Positions 24,134 to 34,339 of a stretch of 64,000 nt of DNA are shown here, piece by piece. The notes below the pieces were generated by a model that ran no database searches, was not told the DNA's origin, and was given only the letters and a program-made list of their open reading frames with translations. Source of the DNA: Squalus acanthias. Lineage: Eukaryota. The translations under genes were made by a program, and so were the position numbers. The stretch is from positions 139,750,001 through 139,814,000 of the forward strand of contig CM059431.1 in assembly GCA_030390025.1 (NCBI GenBank), written 5' to 3'. Numbering within the stretch: position 1 is the first letter of the stretch; the number at the start of each line of letters is the position of its first letter.

Positions 24134-24732
24134 TGACTTTTTTCAGATGATCCAAAGCTTTGGTAGATGCAGAACAGCATGGTAAGTAGGTTCTTTGTAT
24201 TTTTATGAATCTTTTGCTAACTTTTAGAAACTTTTAAAGACTTTTACATGGATTGGAAGGATCTTAAATAGTTTGAAAGAGATTTGAAGCAATTTAAAGA
24301 GTTTTTAAAGCCCTGAAAGCATTTTTTTCATTCATTTTATTTAATCAGCAAAGTGAAAGGGCTGGAATGAGCACAATTCACATCAATAAGAGAACTCAGA
24401 ATTTCAGTGACGATGTCCTCAGCACACTCCTCAATGAGGTTGAGGCAAAGCGCCTGTGGATCATTGGGAATGAGAATTCCAGGGCGCCGCGCAAAGGACA
24501 GATGATAGCTTGGTGAGAGTAGCCCAGGCTGTCAGCGCGAACTCCACCATTACACGGACAGCGGAACAATGCCACAAGAAATTTAGTGATTTATTGCAAT
24601 CTGTCAAGGTTCGTACAGTTATTAGAAAAGTCAACTGTAATATTTCTTTAAATTTAACTGAACTAGTTTTAAAAAGCTATTCAATGCATGTGTGTAGTCA
24701 AGTGACTTCATTATCCAGGCACCTGAGCTTGC

Positions 24733-25342
24733 TGTATGCCTCAGAGACATGGACCATGTACAGCAGGCAACTCAAAGCACTGGAGAGGTACCACCAACGC
24801 TGCCTCCACAAGATCCTGCAAATCCATTGGCAGGATAGGCGCACCAACATCAGTGTTCTTGCTCAGGCCAACATCCCCAGCATCGAAGCTTTGACCACGC
24901 TCGATCGGTTCCGATGGACGGGTCACATTGTCCGCATGCCCGATACGAAACTCCCAAAACAAGCGCTCTACTCGAAGCTCCGGCACGGCAAGAGAGCCCC
25001 AGGTGGGCAGAGGAAACGCTTCAAGGACACTCTCAAAGCATCCTTGAAAAAGTGTAACATCCCCACCGAAACCTGGGAATCCCTGGCCCAAGACCGCACA
25101 AAGTGGAGGAGAAGCATCCGGGAAGGCGCCGAATACCTCGAGTCTCTTCGCCGGGAGCAAGCGCAGGCAGCGCAAGGAGCGCACGTCAACCCAAGCATCC
25201 CACCCAACTGCCCCTTCAACCACCATCTGCCCCACCTGTGACAGAGACTGTAGGTCCGCATTGGACTCATCAGTCACCTGTGAACTCATTTTTAATGTGG
25301 AAGCAAGTCATCATCGGTTCCGAGGGACTGCCTAAGAAGACG
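24733..25342 (+). mobile_element. RTE-clade LINE 3' fragment in intron 2 of the Myb/SANT gene
   Basis: Highly similar to 5595-6195; flanked by imperfect direct repeat acctgagcttgc (24721-24732) / acctgtgcctgc (25343-25354). Confidence 0.92.
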
Positions 25343-26273
25343 ACCTGTGCCTGCCATAAAATTTTATGGCTTTGGGGCCAGCTCAGGGTCATCCATTGTG
25401 CTCTTATCTGGATTCCACTGGTTTGAGTTGTAAAATTTCAATTAGTGAGTGAAAAAAAACCCCTGTCTGCAAAGCAGGCTGTGTCCATGTTTCAAATGCA
25501 GGTGGGTGTAATCTGCAGAAAAAGCGGACGTTTCATATTTTCTGTTTTCATTTTGGAGTAAAACTGTTCCCAACGCCAGAGAGCGTGCACTGACAGGCGG
25601 TGGTGTTGTCACGCTAAGGGATTTATCCGAACATGAGGAAATGCTCGAGCAGCTGTTTGGATTTAGTAGCGGTTGCCCCTTGGCTGGTGTAGAATCAGAC
25701 ATTGGGATACGTAAACGTGAGTTGCTCTGGCCAGCTATATGTTTAAAACTGTTAGGTGTGTGTTGAATATCAGCTTCTGTGATGTGGCAGATCATGCTTC
25801 ACCTTTGCAAATGTTTACTGTTTCCATTCCACAGGTGGACAGCAGACCTCTGACACACGGGATGAGCAGTGCGTTGAGTCTGCGGCCGCAGAGGGCATTG
25901 GGGAAGGGGGTTACTGATACAGTGGGAGCAGTGAGTGAGGTGGTGGTGGAGCAGGAGCAATTTGTGCTTTGTCAGCTAGTGGAAGAGGAGGGTATGGACC
26001 CTGGGTTGCTGCACAGTCCCTCTCCATCTCCTGGCCCCTCTGGCTCTGTGCGAGGCACCGCTGACTGTTGTTCCACAGACAGACACCAGCCTGATACTGC
26101 AGAGCAGGTGAGAGAAGCAGAAAGACATTCAACAGAACGGAATGACTTACAAGCTCCGATGGAACAGATTGAAGGGTTGAGGCAATCGATGTGTTCTCTT
26201 ACTGAGAAGAAAGTTGACTCTCTCGCCTCCATCAGGCAGGGAATTGATGATCTTGGTAAAGATGTTAACATGT

Positions 26274-27227
26274 GATTTTTATCAATGACTTGGAGGAGGG
26301 GACTGAAGGGTGGATCAGTAAATTTGCTGATGACACCAAGATTGGTGGAGTAGTGGATGAGGTGGAGGGCTGTTGTAGGCTACAAAGAGACATTGATAGG
26401 ATGCAGAGCTGGGCCGAAAAATGGCAGATGGAATTTAACCCTGATAAGTGCGAGGTGATTCATTTTGGTAGGGCAAATTTGAATACGGATTACAGGGTCA
26501 ACGGCAGGGTTCTGAGGAATGTGGAGGAGCAGAGGGATCTGGGGGTTCATATCCACAGATCTCTGAAGGTTGCCACTCAAGTGGATAGAGCAGTAAAGAA
26601 GGCCTATAGTGTGTTGGCGTTTATTAACAGGGGGTTTGAGTTTAAGAACCGTGAGGTTATGCTACAACTGTACAGGACCTTGGTGAGACCACATTTGGAA
26701 TATTGTGTGCAGTTCTGGTCACCTCACTATAGGAAGGACGTGGAAGCATTGGAAAGAGTGCAAAGGAGATTTACCAGGATGCTGCCTGGTTTGGGGGGGA
26801 GGTCTTATGAGGAAAGATTGAGGGAGTTAGGGCTTTTCTCTTTAGAGCGGAGGAGGATGAGAGGCGACTTAATAGAGGTTTATAAGATGATGAGGGGGAT
26901 AGATAGAGTGGATGTTCAGAGACTATTTCCTCGGGTGGAGGTAGCTGTTACAAGGGGGCATAACTATAAGGTGCATGGGGGGGAGATATAGAAGGGATAT
27001 CCGAGGTAGATTCTTTACTCAGAGAGTGGGTGGGGTGTGGAATGGACTGCCTGCTGTGATAGTGGAGTCGGACACTTTAGGAACTTTCAAGCGGTTATTG
27101 GATAAGCACATGGAGCACACCAGAATGATAGGGAGTGCGATAGCTTGATCTTGGTTTCGGACAATGCTCGGCACAACATCGAGGGCCGAAGGGCCTGTAC
27201 TGTGCTGTACTGTTCTATGTTCTATGT
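26274..27227 (+). mobile_element. Young 5'-truncated CR1 LINE inserted in the last Myb/SANT exon
   Basis: Open ORF 26272-26991 (IFINDL...KFADDTKIGG...RPHLEYCVQFWSP); (ttctatg)n tail; atgt duplicated at both junctions; removing it restores ...KDVNM-SLNQIV... Confidence 0.95.
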
Positions 27228-28104
27228 CACTTAATCAGATAGTATTGCAGTTGCAAAAACAAGATCATGTTACAGTGGGGCTTAATCAAATAAATGAGTC
27301 TCTCGTTCGACTCTTGCAGTTGCTTAAACCACTTTCTGCTGCCATTACTTTGACTCCCGCAGAACCGCCCTTACCTGCTCCCAGCACAGAAACAGTGCGG
27401 GCCCAAGAGCCAGCTGCTCCTCCAGTCGTGATGCAAGCAAACGTTGCCTTGCAGCAGCAGCAGCAGCAACCCTGTCAGGAGCCAATTGCTGAAGTGCCAG
27501 AGATTGTACACAGGGGCCTTTCACTTGGCAGCAGAGGGCTCCGGTCACGGGAAGGGGGAAAGCGCAGGAGACAGTAGGGTGCCACCTATTGCACAATCCA
27601 CCTCCTTTGACCCTCAGGCACAGATGCGAGGGGGCAAATTGTTCAATTGTTTAATTTTTCGTTTTATTTAAATGTTAAATGTTGACGTTGCTTTTTTTAT
27701 TGAAATATATATTTGTGACTGAAAGTGTATGTAACCTTTGCGTTTAAAAAGTACAGCCTCTAATCACTTTGAAAAAAAATTCAACTTTTTTATTTGCAAA
27801 AATATTTAAAATTACAACTGTTTGAAATTTAGAAAATAGCTAGTTTCCATCTTGAATGTCTTAATTGCACTAAGAAACCAAAAAAGTCACTTTAAACTGT
27901 TTACAAACTTTATTCTAAACTATTATGTTTGCGAATGTTTGAAAAGTAGAAAATATCTAGTTAACATTTAAAAGTTATAAACTATGTACATCAACACTGA
28001 ACCTCAAAAGTCTTTGATGCTGCAATAAAAGTTCACTGTTTCACTTTAAATTGTGTCTGTTCCTTTATTTGCCTTGCTGGGGGAGGGGGAGGTACAAGGC
28101 AACA

Positions 28105-29253
28105 CTACCTCGTGAAGGTGTTGGCTACCAGCTGCTCCCGAGCAGCCTTACTTTCAGCAGCACTTGGCTCCTCCCCATCAGGCCTGGCCACAGGCACATC
28201 GGCATCGTCCATGTCCTCCATTTCAGCAGGGAGCTCCTCTGCGGGGTTAAGGGTCAGTCCTTCCCACAGGGCAAAGTTATGCAAAGCACAACAGGCCACC
28301 ACAATCCTTGCCACTTTCAGAGGAGAATACTGCAAGGTCCCCCCTGACCTGTCCAGGCACCGGAAGCGTGATTTCAGAATTCTGATTGTCCTTTCCACCA
28401 CTTGCCGTGTGGACACGTGTGCCCGGTTGTATCTCTCCTGAGCCTCATTATTGGTCTTGTGGTAGGGAGTCATCAGCCATGGTCTTAGCGGGTAGCCCTT
28501 GTCGCCCAATATCCATGCGGATCCTGGAGGCAATGCGCTGAGGGCGCCATATAAGTTCGAGTTATGGAGGACGAAGGAGTCACGATTACTTCCCCAGTGC
28601 TCTGCATTCACGTTTAGGATCCTGAGTTGCGCATCACAGACTATCATGACATTCAATGAATGAAACCCCTTCCTGTTGATGTATGTCACAGGTGCACTCA
28701 GTGGTGCCTTCAATGCAACATGGGTTCCATCAATGGCCCCAATCACTTTGGGGAATCCAGCAATGCTATAAAATGCAAGGGCCATCTCCTTTTGATGGCG
28801 AGTGGACAAGTCAAAGTCAATGAACTCTGAAGCCCTACGGAAAATGGCATCTGTGACCTGGTGAATGCAGGCCCTCGCAGCATTCTTGGAGATGTTGGTA
28901 ATGTTACCGGTCCTTGACTGAAATGACCCACTTGCAAAGAAGTTCAGTGCTGTGGTTACCTTCATGTTCACTGACAAGGCAGTGACGGTCTTCGAGCGTG
29001 TTTGAAGGTCCTCCTTTAACATGTCACATAGTCGGCCGATTGCCTCTTTACTGAAGCGCAGCCTCCTCACACACAACTCCTCCGACAGCATCTCAAATGA
29101 CAGCCTCTCCCTGTACACTCTCTGGGGTGGGTAGTAGTTTCTCCTGATCTGGAGACGGTTATGGTTTCTCAGTCTTCTTTCTTGTTCCCTGGCGTTTCCA
29201 ATTCTCTGAAGCAAAATCGCACCGAGGATCAGGGCAACATCCTCAAGGGGCAT
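28105..29253 (-). CDS. PIF/Harbinger DDE transposase (HARBI1-like), 382 aa, open
   Basis: RLRFSKE...LC and ALNFFASGSFQ N-terminal HTH region; catalytic motifs GAIDGTHV, NRKGFHSLNV, WILGDKGYP, RQVVERTI.ILKSRFRCL, IVVACCALHN. Confidence 0.95.
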   Translation of the reverse strand: MPLEDVALILGAILLQRIGNAREQERRLRNHNRLQIRRNYYPPQRVYRERLSFEMLSEELCVRRLRFSKEAIGRLCDMLKEDLQTRSKTVTALSVNMKVTTALNFFASGSFQSRTGNITNISKNAARACIHQVTDAIFRRASEFIDFDLSTRHQKEMALAFYSIAGFPKVIGAIDGTHVALKAPLSAPVTYINRKGFHSLNVMIVCDAQLRILNVNAEHWGSNRDSFVLHNSNLYGALSALPPGSAWILGDKGYPLRPWLMTPYHKTNNEAQERYNRAHVSTRQVVERTIRILKSRFRCLDRSGGTLQYSPLKVARIVVACCALHNFALWEGLTLNPAEELPAEMEDMDDADVPVARPDGEEPSAAESKAAREQLVANTFTR

Positions 29254-29355
29254 GTTTCTCCCTCACAGGCTTCCTCTTTAAACAGATAAAGTACTTGTAA
29301 GGAAAAAAATGGAAAGAGTTGTAAAAGTAATTTTAATAAAGTAAGTGGCTGGAAA

Positions 29356-29632
29356 ATCACGTGGGGCTGTGGTGTGAAACGTGCGGTATCGGATCGGGCA
29401 CACCTCATACCCGCCTGATCAATATCACGTGGGGCTGTGGTGTGAAACGTGTGGTATCGGATCGGGCACATCTCATACCCGCCTGATCAATATCACGTGG
29501 GGCTCTGGTGTGAAACGTGCGGTATCGGATCGGGCACACCTCATACCCACCTGATCAATATCACGTGGGGCTCTGGTGTGCAACGTGCGGTATCGGATCG
29601 GGCACACCTCATACCCGCCTGATCAATATCAC
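29356..29632. repeat. 68-bp tandem repeat x4 upstream of the transposase ATG
   Basis: atcacgtggggctgtggtgtgaaacgtgcggtatcggatcgggcacacctcatacccgcctgatcaat at 29356, 29424, 29492 and 29560; single homologous unit at 45421-45520. Confidence 0.95.
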
Positions 29633-29682
29633 GGCCCGACATGATTTTCCAATAACTGACATTTAAAAGGAATATAATTGAT

Positions 29683-30426
29683 GGCCCAGAAATTGATCTC
29701 GCTCTGTTCCCGCGGGGGTAAGGAGCAGGCGCGATCTCTCACTCCGCGTTGGCTTTTTCAGATCCAGCTCGCACGAACTTGATGTTCTGGACATCAGCTG
29801 GGCAGTGCTTGCGTATCCCACCGGCGTAGTGAATTCGTGCGAGCTGTGGGATCACGTGACTCAGTTAGAGCCAATGGCAGCACACCATCTTCCATTCATA
29901 AGTTTCACATACGTGCTGTGAAAGCTATGAATCTTACACACCCCCAAAATAACAGCTAAACCTCAATTAAATTTAAAAAAAAACCCATCACATTAATAAA
30001 ATAAGTATAGTTAAATAAATTAACCATTTTAAATAAAAAATTAAATTTTAGAAAAAATTTAAAATCTTTTAAAAAGTTATAAAAATAAACTTACCTGTCT
30101 TTAAAGTCTCTAAAAAAGATATACCTGTTAAAAAAAATTCAAAATAATACTTAATTCACTACTTACCTTGTTAAAAGTGGGTCTTACTCCTCCTTTTTTC
30201 GTTTCTAAAATCTTCCGTCCTTACCTGCGCGTCCAAAGCACTAAGTGCACCGCGTGCGCGCAGCCTGTAGCGCGCACGCGGTGCACCGAGGAACCGCCCC
30301 CTTTTCCAAAGACCAAGTGCCGGTTTTCAGCGCATGCGCAGTGCATGCAGAAAACCGGCAATTGGAGAGAGAATACGCGAGAGTACGCAGTGCGTACTCT
30401 CGCGCAGCGGGATCAATTTTTGGCCC
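29683..30426. mobile_element. Harbinger-type MITE 2 nested in the coding element
   Basis: TIRs ggcccagaaattgatctcgct / agcgggatcaatttttggccc; 3-bp TSD GAT (29680-29682, 30427-30429); absent from the paralog at ~45520-45560. Confidence 0.88.
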
Positions 30427-30964
30427 GATATTTTATTTTTTTAACTTTTGTAAATGTTACATAATTCATTTTTAAACAATCATTTTCACATTTAAGAAAA
30501 AAATATAATTCAATTAGGTCTTGCACACAGCAAGAGTTGCTCCTTATAACTACACTACTCAAAACATGGTCCAAACCCGTTTTTAACAAATTTTTAAAGT
30601 TGGAAACTTACCTCAGACTTTCTGAAAAGAACTTTGCTCCCTTTCACAATTAAAAATGTTCTGTTTAGTAGCCCCACTGCTGAAAGAGTTCTTCCTGATT
30701 GTCCAGGAGCTTCTGCCAAGACTGTACGCCGGCTTTTTCCACGCGCAGCTGCTAGGGACTTACCCGCACTGCACCAGCTGAGAAAAACACGGAAGTTCCA
30801 GGTCTACACGCTGCCTCTCCAGCGCAAGCGGTTGACCTGTGAACCCCTTCCTTCAAGAGAACGGAAGTTCCAGTTTCCAGCGCGTGCGCGAAAGCGGCAC
30901 TTCCGTTGGACCTACGGGTGAGTACACAGCGCGTACACACCGTAGGGAACGGAATTTCAGGGCA

Positions 30965-31245
30965 TTTAAATTTGCAGCCGGTGTCCAGTGTCTAACTTTA
31001 ATCTCCTTGTTTAAAGCCGCTGTCTCCCGGTGCAGCCTGTTTCCAGGGTCTAACTTTAATCTCCCTGTTTAAAGCCGGTGTCTCCCAGTGCAGCCTGTGT
31101 CCAGTGTCTAACTTTAATCTCCCTGTTTAAAGCCGGTCTCTCCCGGTGCAGCCTGTTTCCAGGGTCTAACTTTAATCTCCCTGTTTAAAGCCGGTGTCCA
31201 GTGTCTAACTTTAATCTCCTTGTTTAAAGCCGGTGTCTCCCGGTG
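30965..31245. repeat. Minisatellite, ~36-55 bp variable unit
   Basis: Repeated gtctaactttaatctccctgtttaaagccggtgtctcccggtgcagcctg. Confidence 0.9.
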
Positions 31246-31254
31246 AGATCGATC

Positions 31255-31928
31255 GGGCCAGAAATTCGGGTCGAAGGCTTCTCGCGGGTACAAGCCCCCG
31301 ACCTTCACTTACATAGCACGCCTGCCGTTGTGCTGTGGGCCCGCGTGGGATTCCGATCCTGGGCCTCCTCCAGCTGCCGGTGTGCAGTGCTCGCGTATCC
31401 CAGGGGCGCAGTTAGTTCGAAGCCATGGGGAGCCAATCGGAGCAGGGAATCTCCATTCATAGATTTGACAGGAACCTGTCAAATCAATGAATAGAGATCG
31501 GTCCCAAAACCTCACTAAAACTTAAAATAAATTTAAAAAAAACATCACATTTTTAAAATATCTATAAATTACATAAATTAACTATTTTAAACAATAATTT
31601 ACATTTTTGAAAAAATTAATTACAGTTTTTAACGGGGCTAAAAATAAAATTATCTTTCTTTAAAGTATTTAAAAAAGATAAACCTGTGGGTAAAATTTTT
31701 TAATTTCAGTTAATTCCCCACTTACCTTGTTAAAAGCAGGCCTTGACTTCCCCTCACTCCAAAACCTGTAAAAACCGGAAGTTCGCTGCGCGCGCGCAGC
31801 CTCTCCCGCGCACGCGGTTGACCCTTCAACCCCTTCTTTCACCAGACCGGAAGTTCCGGTTTCCCGGGCATGCGCACGGGGATCTCCGAGCAGAAAGCAG
31901 CTTTTTCCCAGAGGGTGAAACTCGGGCC
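31255..31928. mobile_element. Harbinger-type MITE 3, inverted relative of MITE 1
   Basis: Starts gggccagaaattcgggtc; 31255-31860 aligns by eye to the reverse complement of ~23170-23845; right terminus divergent. Confidence 0.8.
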
Positions 31929-32729
31929 CAAATCTCAACAACAAGGATCAGCTCAAATGATCAAACTGTGAGTCGCTCCATGAAAACCAGCCATTGGCTG
32001 CAGTGAATGTCCACAGACGGAGCTTGCAGAGAGACGGAGAATCCCGGGGACCAAGGTAATGTGAATGGAGATCTGAACCTGTATTCTGTCTCACTCGGCA
32101 TTGATTCTTTACTCTACCCGTTTAAAGCCGGGCTCTCCCGGGGAGATTCTGTTCCACGGGCCGCTGTGGCCAATCCATTCCCGGGCGGCTATCGCCATTC
32201 TCTGTGTCCGCTCGGACAGTGACCGAGGGCGGTCTGTCCAACACTGGGACCCTCGGCTCAACCTGCTCCCGTTCCCCACCATCCCTCTCATTGTTCAGAG
32301 GGGTCGAGCGAGAGTGACCAGGAACACGGGCTCCACAGTGTCCGCCAATCCTAGGCTGGTCAGGCAGACAGCGGCGGGATTGTAGAAGTAGTTTAATGTA
32401 ACACAATGTGGGACAATACACTCTGGATTGAAGGGTTACAGACTGGAATACAGCATGAATAGGGAATGACTGGGAGAGGGTCACACGGAGTTCACTCTAG
32501 ATACAGAAATCACTAAACCTTGGATTCCAGCTCTAAACAACACTCGAGGTCACTGCAGTTGTTCAGTGAGCTGGAACTCGCTGTGTTGAGCTTGGGACGC
32601 CTGTCCCAGGAAGGACAGATTGTCTCTGGAGGGAGTCCGGCTGGAATTGTTCAGGGTGAGAGCTGAGATGAAGGGACTGAGCTATGATGAGAGACTCGGT
32701 TTACTTTAGTAAGATGGTTAAACATAAGA

Positions 32730-32980
32730 TGAGAGGAAATCCTATTAAAAATGAGTTAAACTCTCTGTACAGCAATGCACACAGTGTTCGTAATAAGACA
32801 GGGGAGCTGGAGGCAATCATACGTCATGAGGAACCAAACATAATCGTGATTACTGAGACATGGCTACAGAAAAATCAGGACTGGGAATGAAACATTGCAC
32901 GGTATAACATATTTAGAAAAGATAAAGGGGGTGTGGAGTATCTGTACTTATTAGGGATAACATAATGGCAGTAGATAAAA
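32730..32980 (+). mobile_element. CR1 ORF2 N-terminal (APE) fragment
   Basis: LNSLYSNAHSVRNKTGELEAII...IIVITETWL. Confidence 0.8.
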
Positions 32981-32984
32981 GAGG

Positions 32985-33090
32985 AGGTCTCGGTCAGTCA
33001 CCACTGGAGAAGGTCTCGGTCAGTCTCCTCTGGAGATGGTCTCGGTCAGTCTCCTCTGAAAAAGGTCTCGATCAGTCTCCTCTGGAGGAA
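32985..33090. repeat. 26-bp tandem repeat x4
   Basis: ggtctcggtcagtctcctctggagaa repeated. Confidence 0.85.
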
Positions 33091-33399
33091 AATCTTGTCC
33101 AATTGTCTTTCCCTGAATTTTCTCGTTGCAGTTTTCAATAAATTTTCCTCAGAAGAGGGCGAAAATAAATTGAGTAAAACAAAGTACAATTAGTAAACAC
33201 ACAGCACAGGTCCAGGCTCCCTCTCTCTCACTCAGTTATACGGACAATCTCTCAGCAACACCATTTACCAACCAATCCCAGTTATAAACCAGCGAAACTG
33301 GAGAGTAAAAGATTGAGAGACAAGAAAGACATTGAAGACATACAGGAGAAACAAGATAGAGGTTTTTCCTCCAGAGAGGGAGGTGGTTTTGGAGTGAGA

Positions 33400-33820
33400 C
33401 TCACCCACCCTTGGGGCCCCCACCCTGGGACATACCCATCCAGACACCACTCCACACAGAAACCCACCCACCGAGGGACCCACCAACCGAGACACATCCC
33501 ACACTGGGAGAGACACACCCAGAGACCACCCCACCTAAAGACCCACCCAATCAAAGACACATCAACCGAGACACATCTCACACTGGGATAGACCCAACCA
33601 GAGGCCACCCCACCCAAAGACACATCAACCGAGACACACCCCACACTGGGAGAGACACACCCAGAGACCACCCCATCCAAAGACCCACCTACCCAAAGAC
33701 CCACCAACCGAGCCACACCCCACACTGGGAGAGACCCACCCAGAGGCCACCTCACCCAAAGACCCACCCACTCAAAGACCCACTAATCGAGAAACACCCC
33801 ACACTGGGACCCACCCACCC
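33400..33820. repeat. Degenerate C/A-rich minisatellite
   Basis: Recurring ccacactgggagagac, acccacccaaagac and caaccgagacaca blocks. Confidence 0.85.
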
Positions 33821-34339
33821 AGGTGAACAGGTTGTAAACTGCAGGTTGGAGCTCCTCCCCATAGCCCTTGACATGTTGGTTTATCGCTCTTGCACGCCCT
33901 GTGTTTCTGCCCATTCTCATGTTAATCCAGGCTAATGCTGTCCAGGACCGGAGCTGCTTTGTCCTGGAACATTCCAGGTTCCTGTTTGTTGATTTGAAAC
34001 CTCAGTATTTGTCGTGAATATTACTGCAGTTTGAAATAGTCCTAAAGACCGATTCCACTCGCAGGCCCCCTACATAGGGCTGGGCCAAGAACAGCCCCCA
34101 GTGAAACAGAGCAATTCTACCCACAGCTCACACCAGACCACACAGACAGGTCTGGAAGGAGCCAGTGTGACGTGGGACGGACTCCTTCCCCAACTTCTCC
34201 ACTCTATCCCTCCCCTGCTCCAAACTCCCCTGCGTGTATTCCCTGTCTGGGAATATCCCCTCTCCCTCGAAAGTGAAGAAATTTCCCTGTAAACTGATAT
34301 TAAGCTGTTGAACCTCAGAATCATCCAATCAAATAAAGG

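Larger units (their letters stand above)
24179..27577 (+). pseudogene. Harbinger Myb/SANT-like DNA-binding protein gene (4 exons), disrupted
   Basis: Exon 1 ATG 24179-24181|gtaagt; exon 2 24349-24608 QSERAGMSTIHINKRTQNFSDDVLSTLLNEVE...AW(frameshift)RVAQAVSANSTITRTAEQCHKKFSDL; exon 3 25557-25710 with RERALTGGG (acceptor reads gg); exon 4 from 25835, acidic and coiled-coil-like, split by CR1, with a polyQ tract, stop at 27575-27577. Confidence 0.82.
23905..30964. mobile_element. PIF/Harbinger DNA transposon, two-gene architecture, with nested insertions
   Basis: Convergent Myb/SANT gene (+) and DDE transposase (-); left end aaattctggtcggaggcttcccgcgg matches MITE end type R; right end 30780-30964 is the reverse complement of 23093-23280 (type L); extreme left terminus degenerate. 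Confidence 0.88.

Noticed and set aside
24510..25241. 243-aa ORF as a novel Myb-RT fusion protein
   Set aside because: Read-through from Myb exon 2 across the 24609 donor and intron into an inserted RTE fragment; chance in-frame juxtaposition
28105..29253. Host HARBI1 gene
   Set aside because: It lies inside a TIR-bounded element with a Myb partner and has a decayed paralog nearby, so it is a transposon copy; no symbol assigned
29356..29632. 68-bp unit as a hammerhead ribozyme (ctgatca...gaaac)
   Set aside because: The core is CTGATCA rather than CTGANGA, and no consistent stems I-III form
33282..33935. Pro/His/Thr-rich and Gly/Val/Trp-rich ORFs
   Set aside because: Translations of a C/A-rich minisatellite with no gene context
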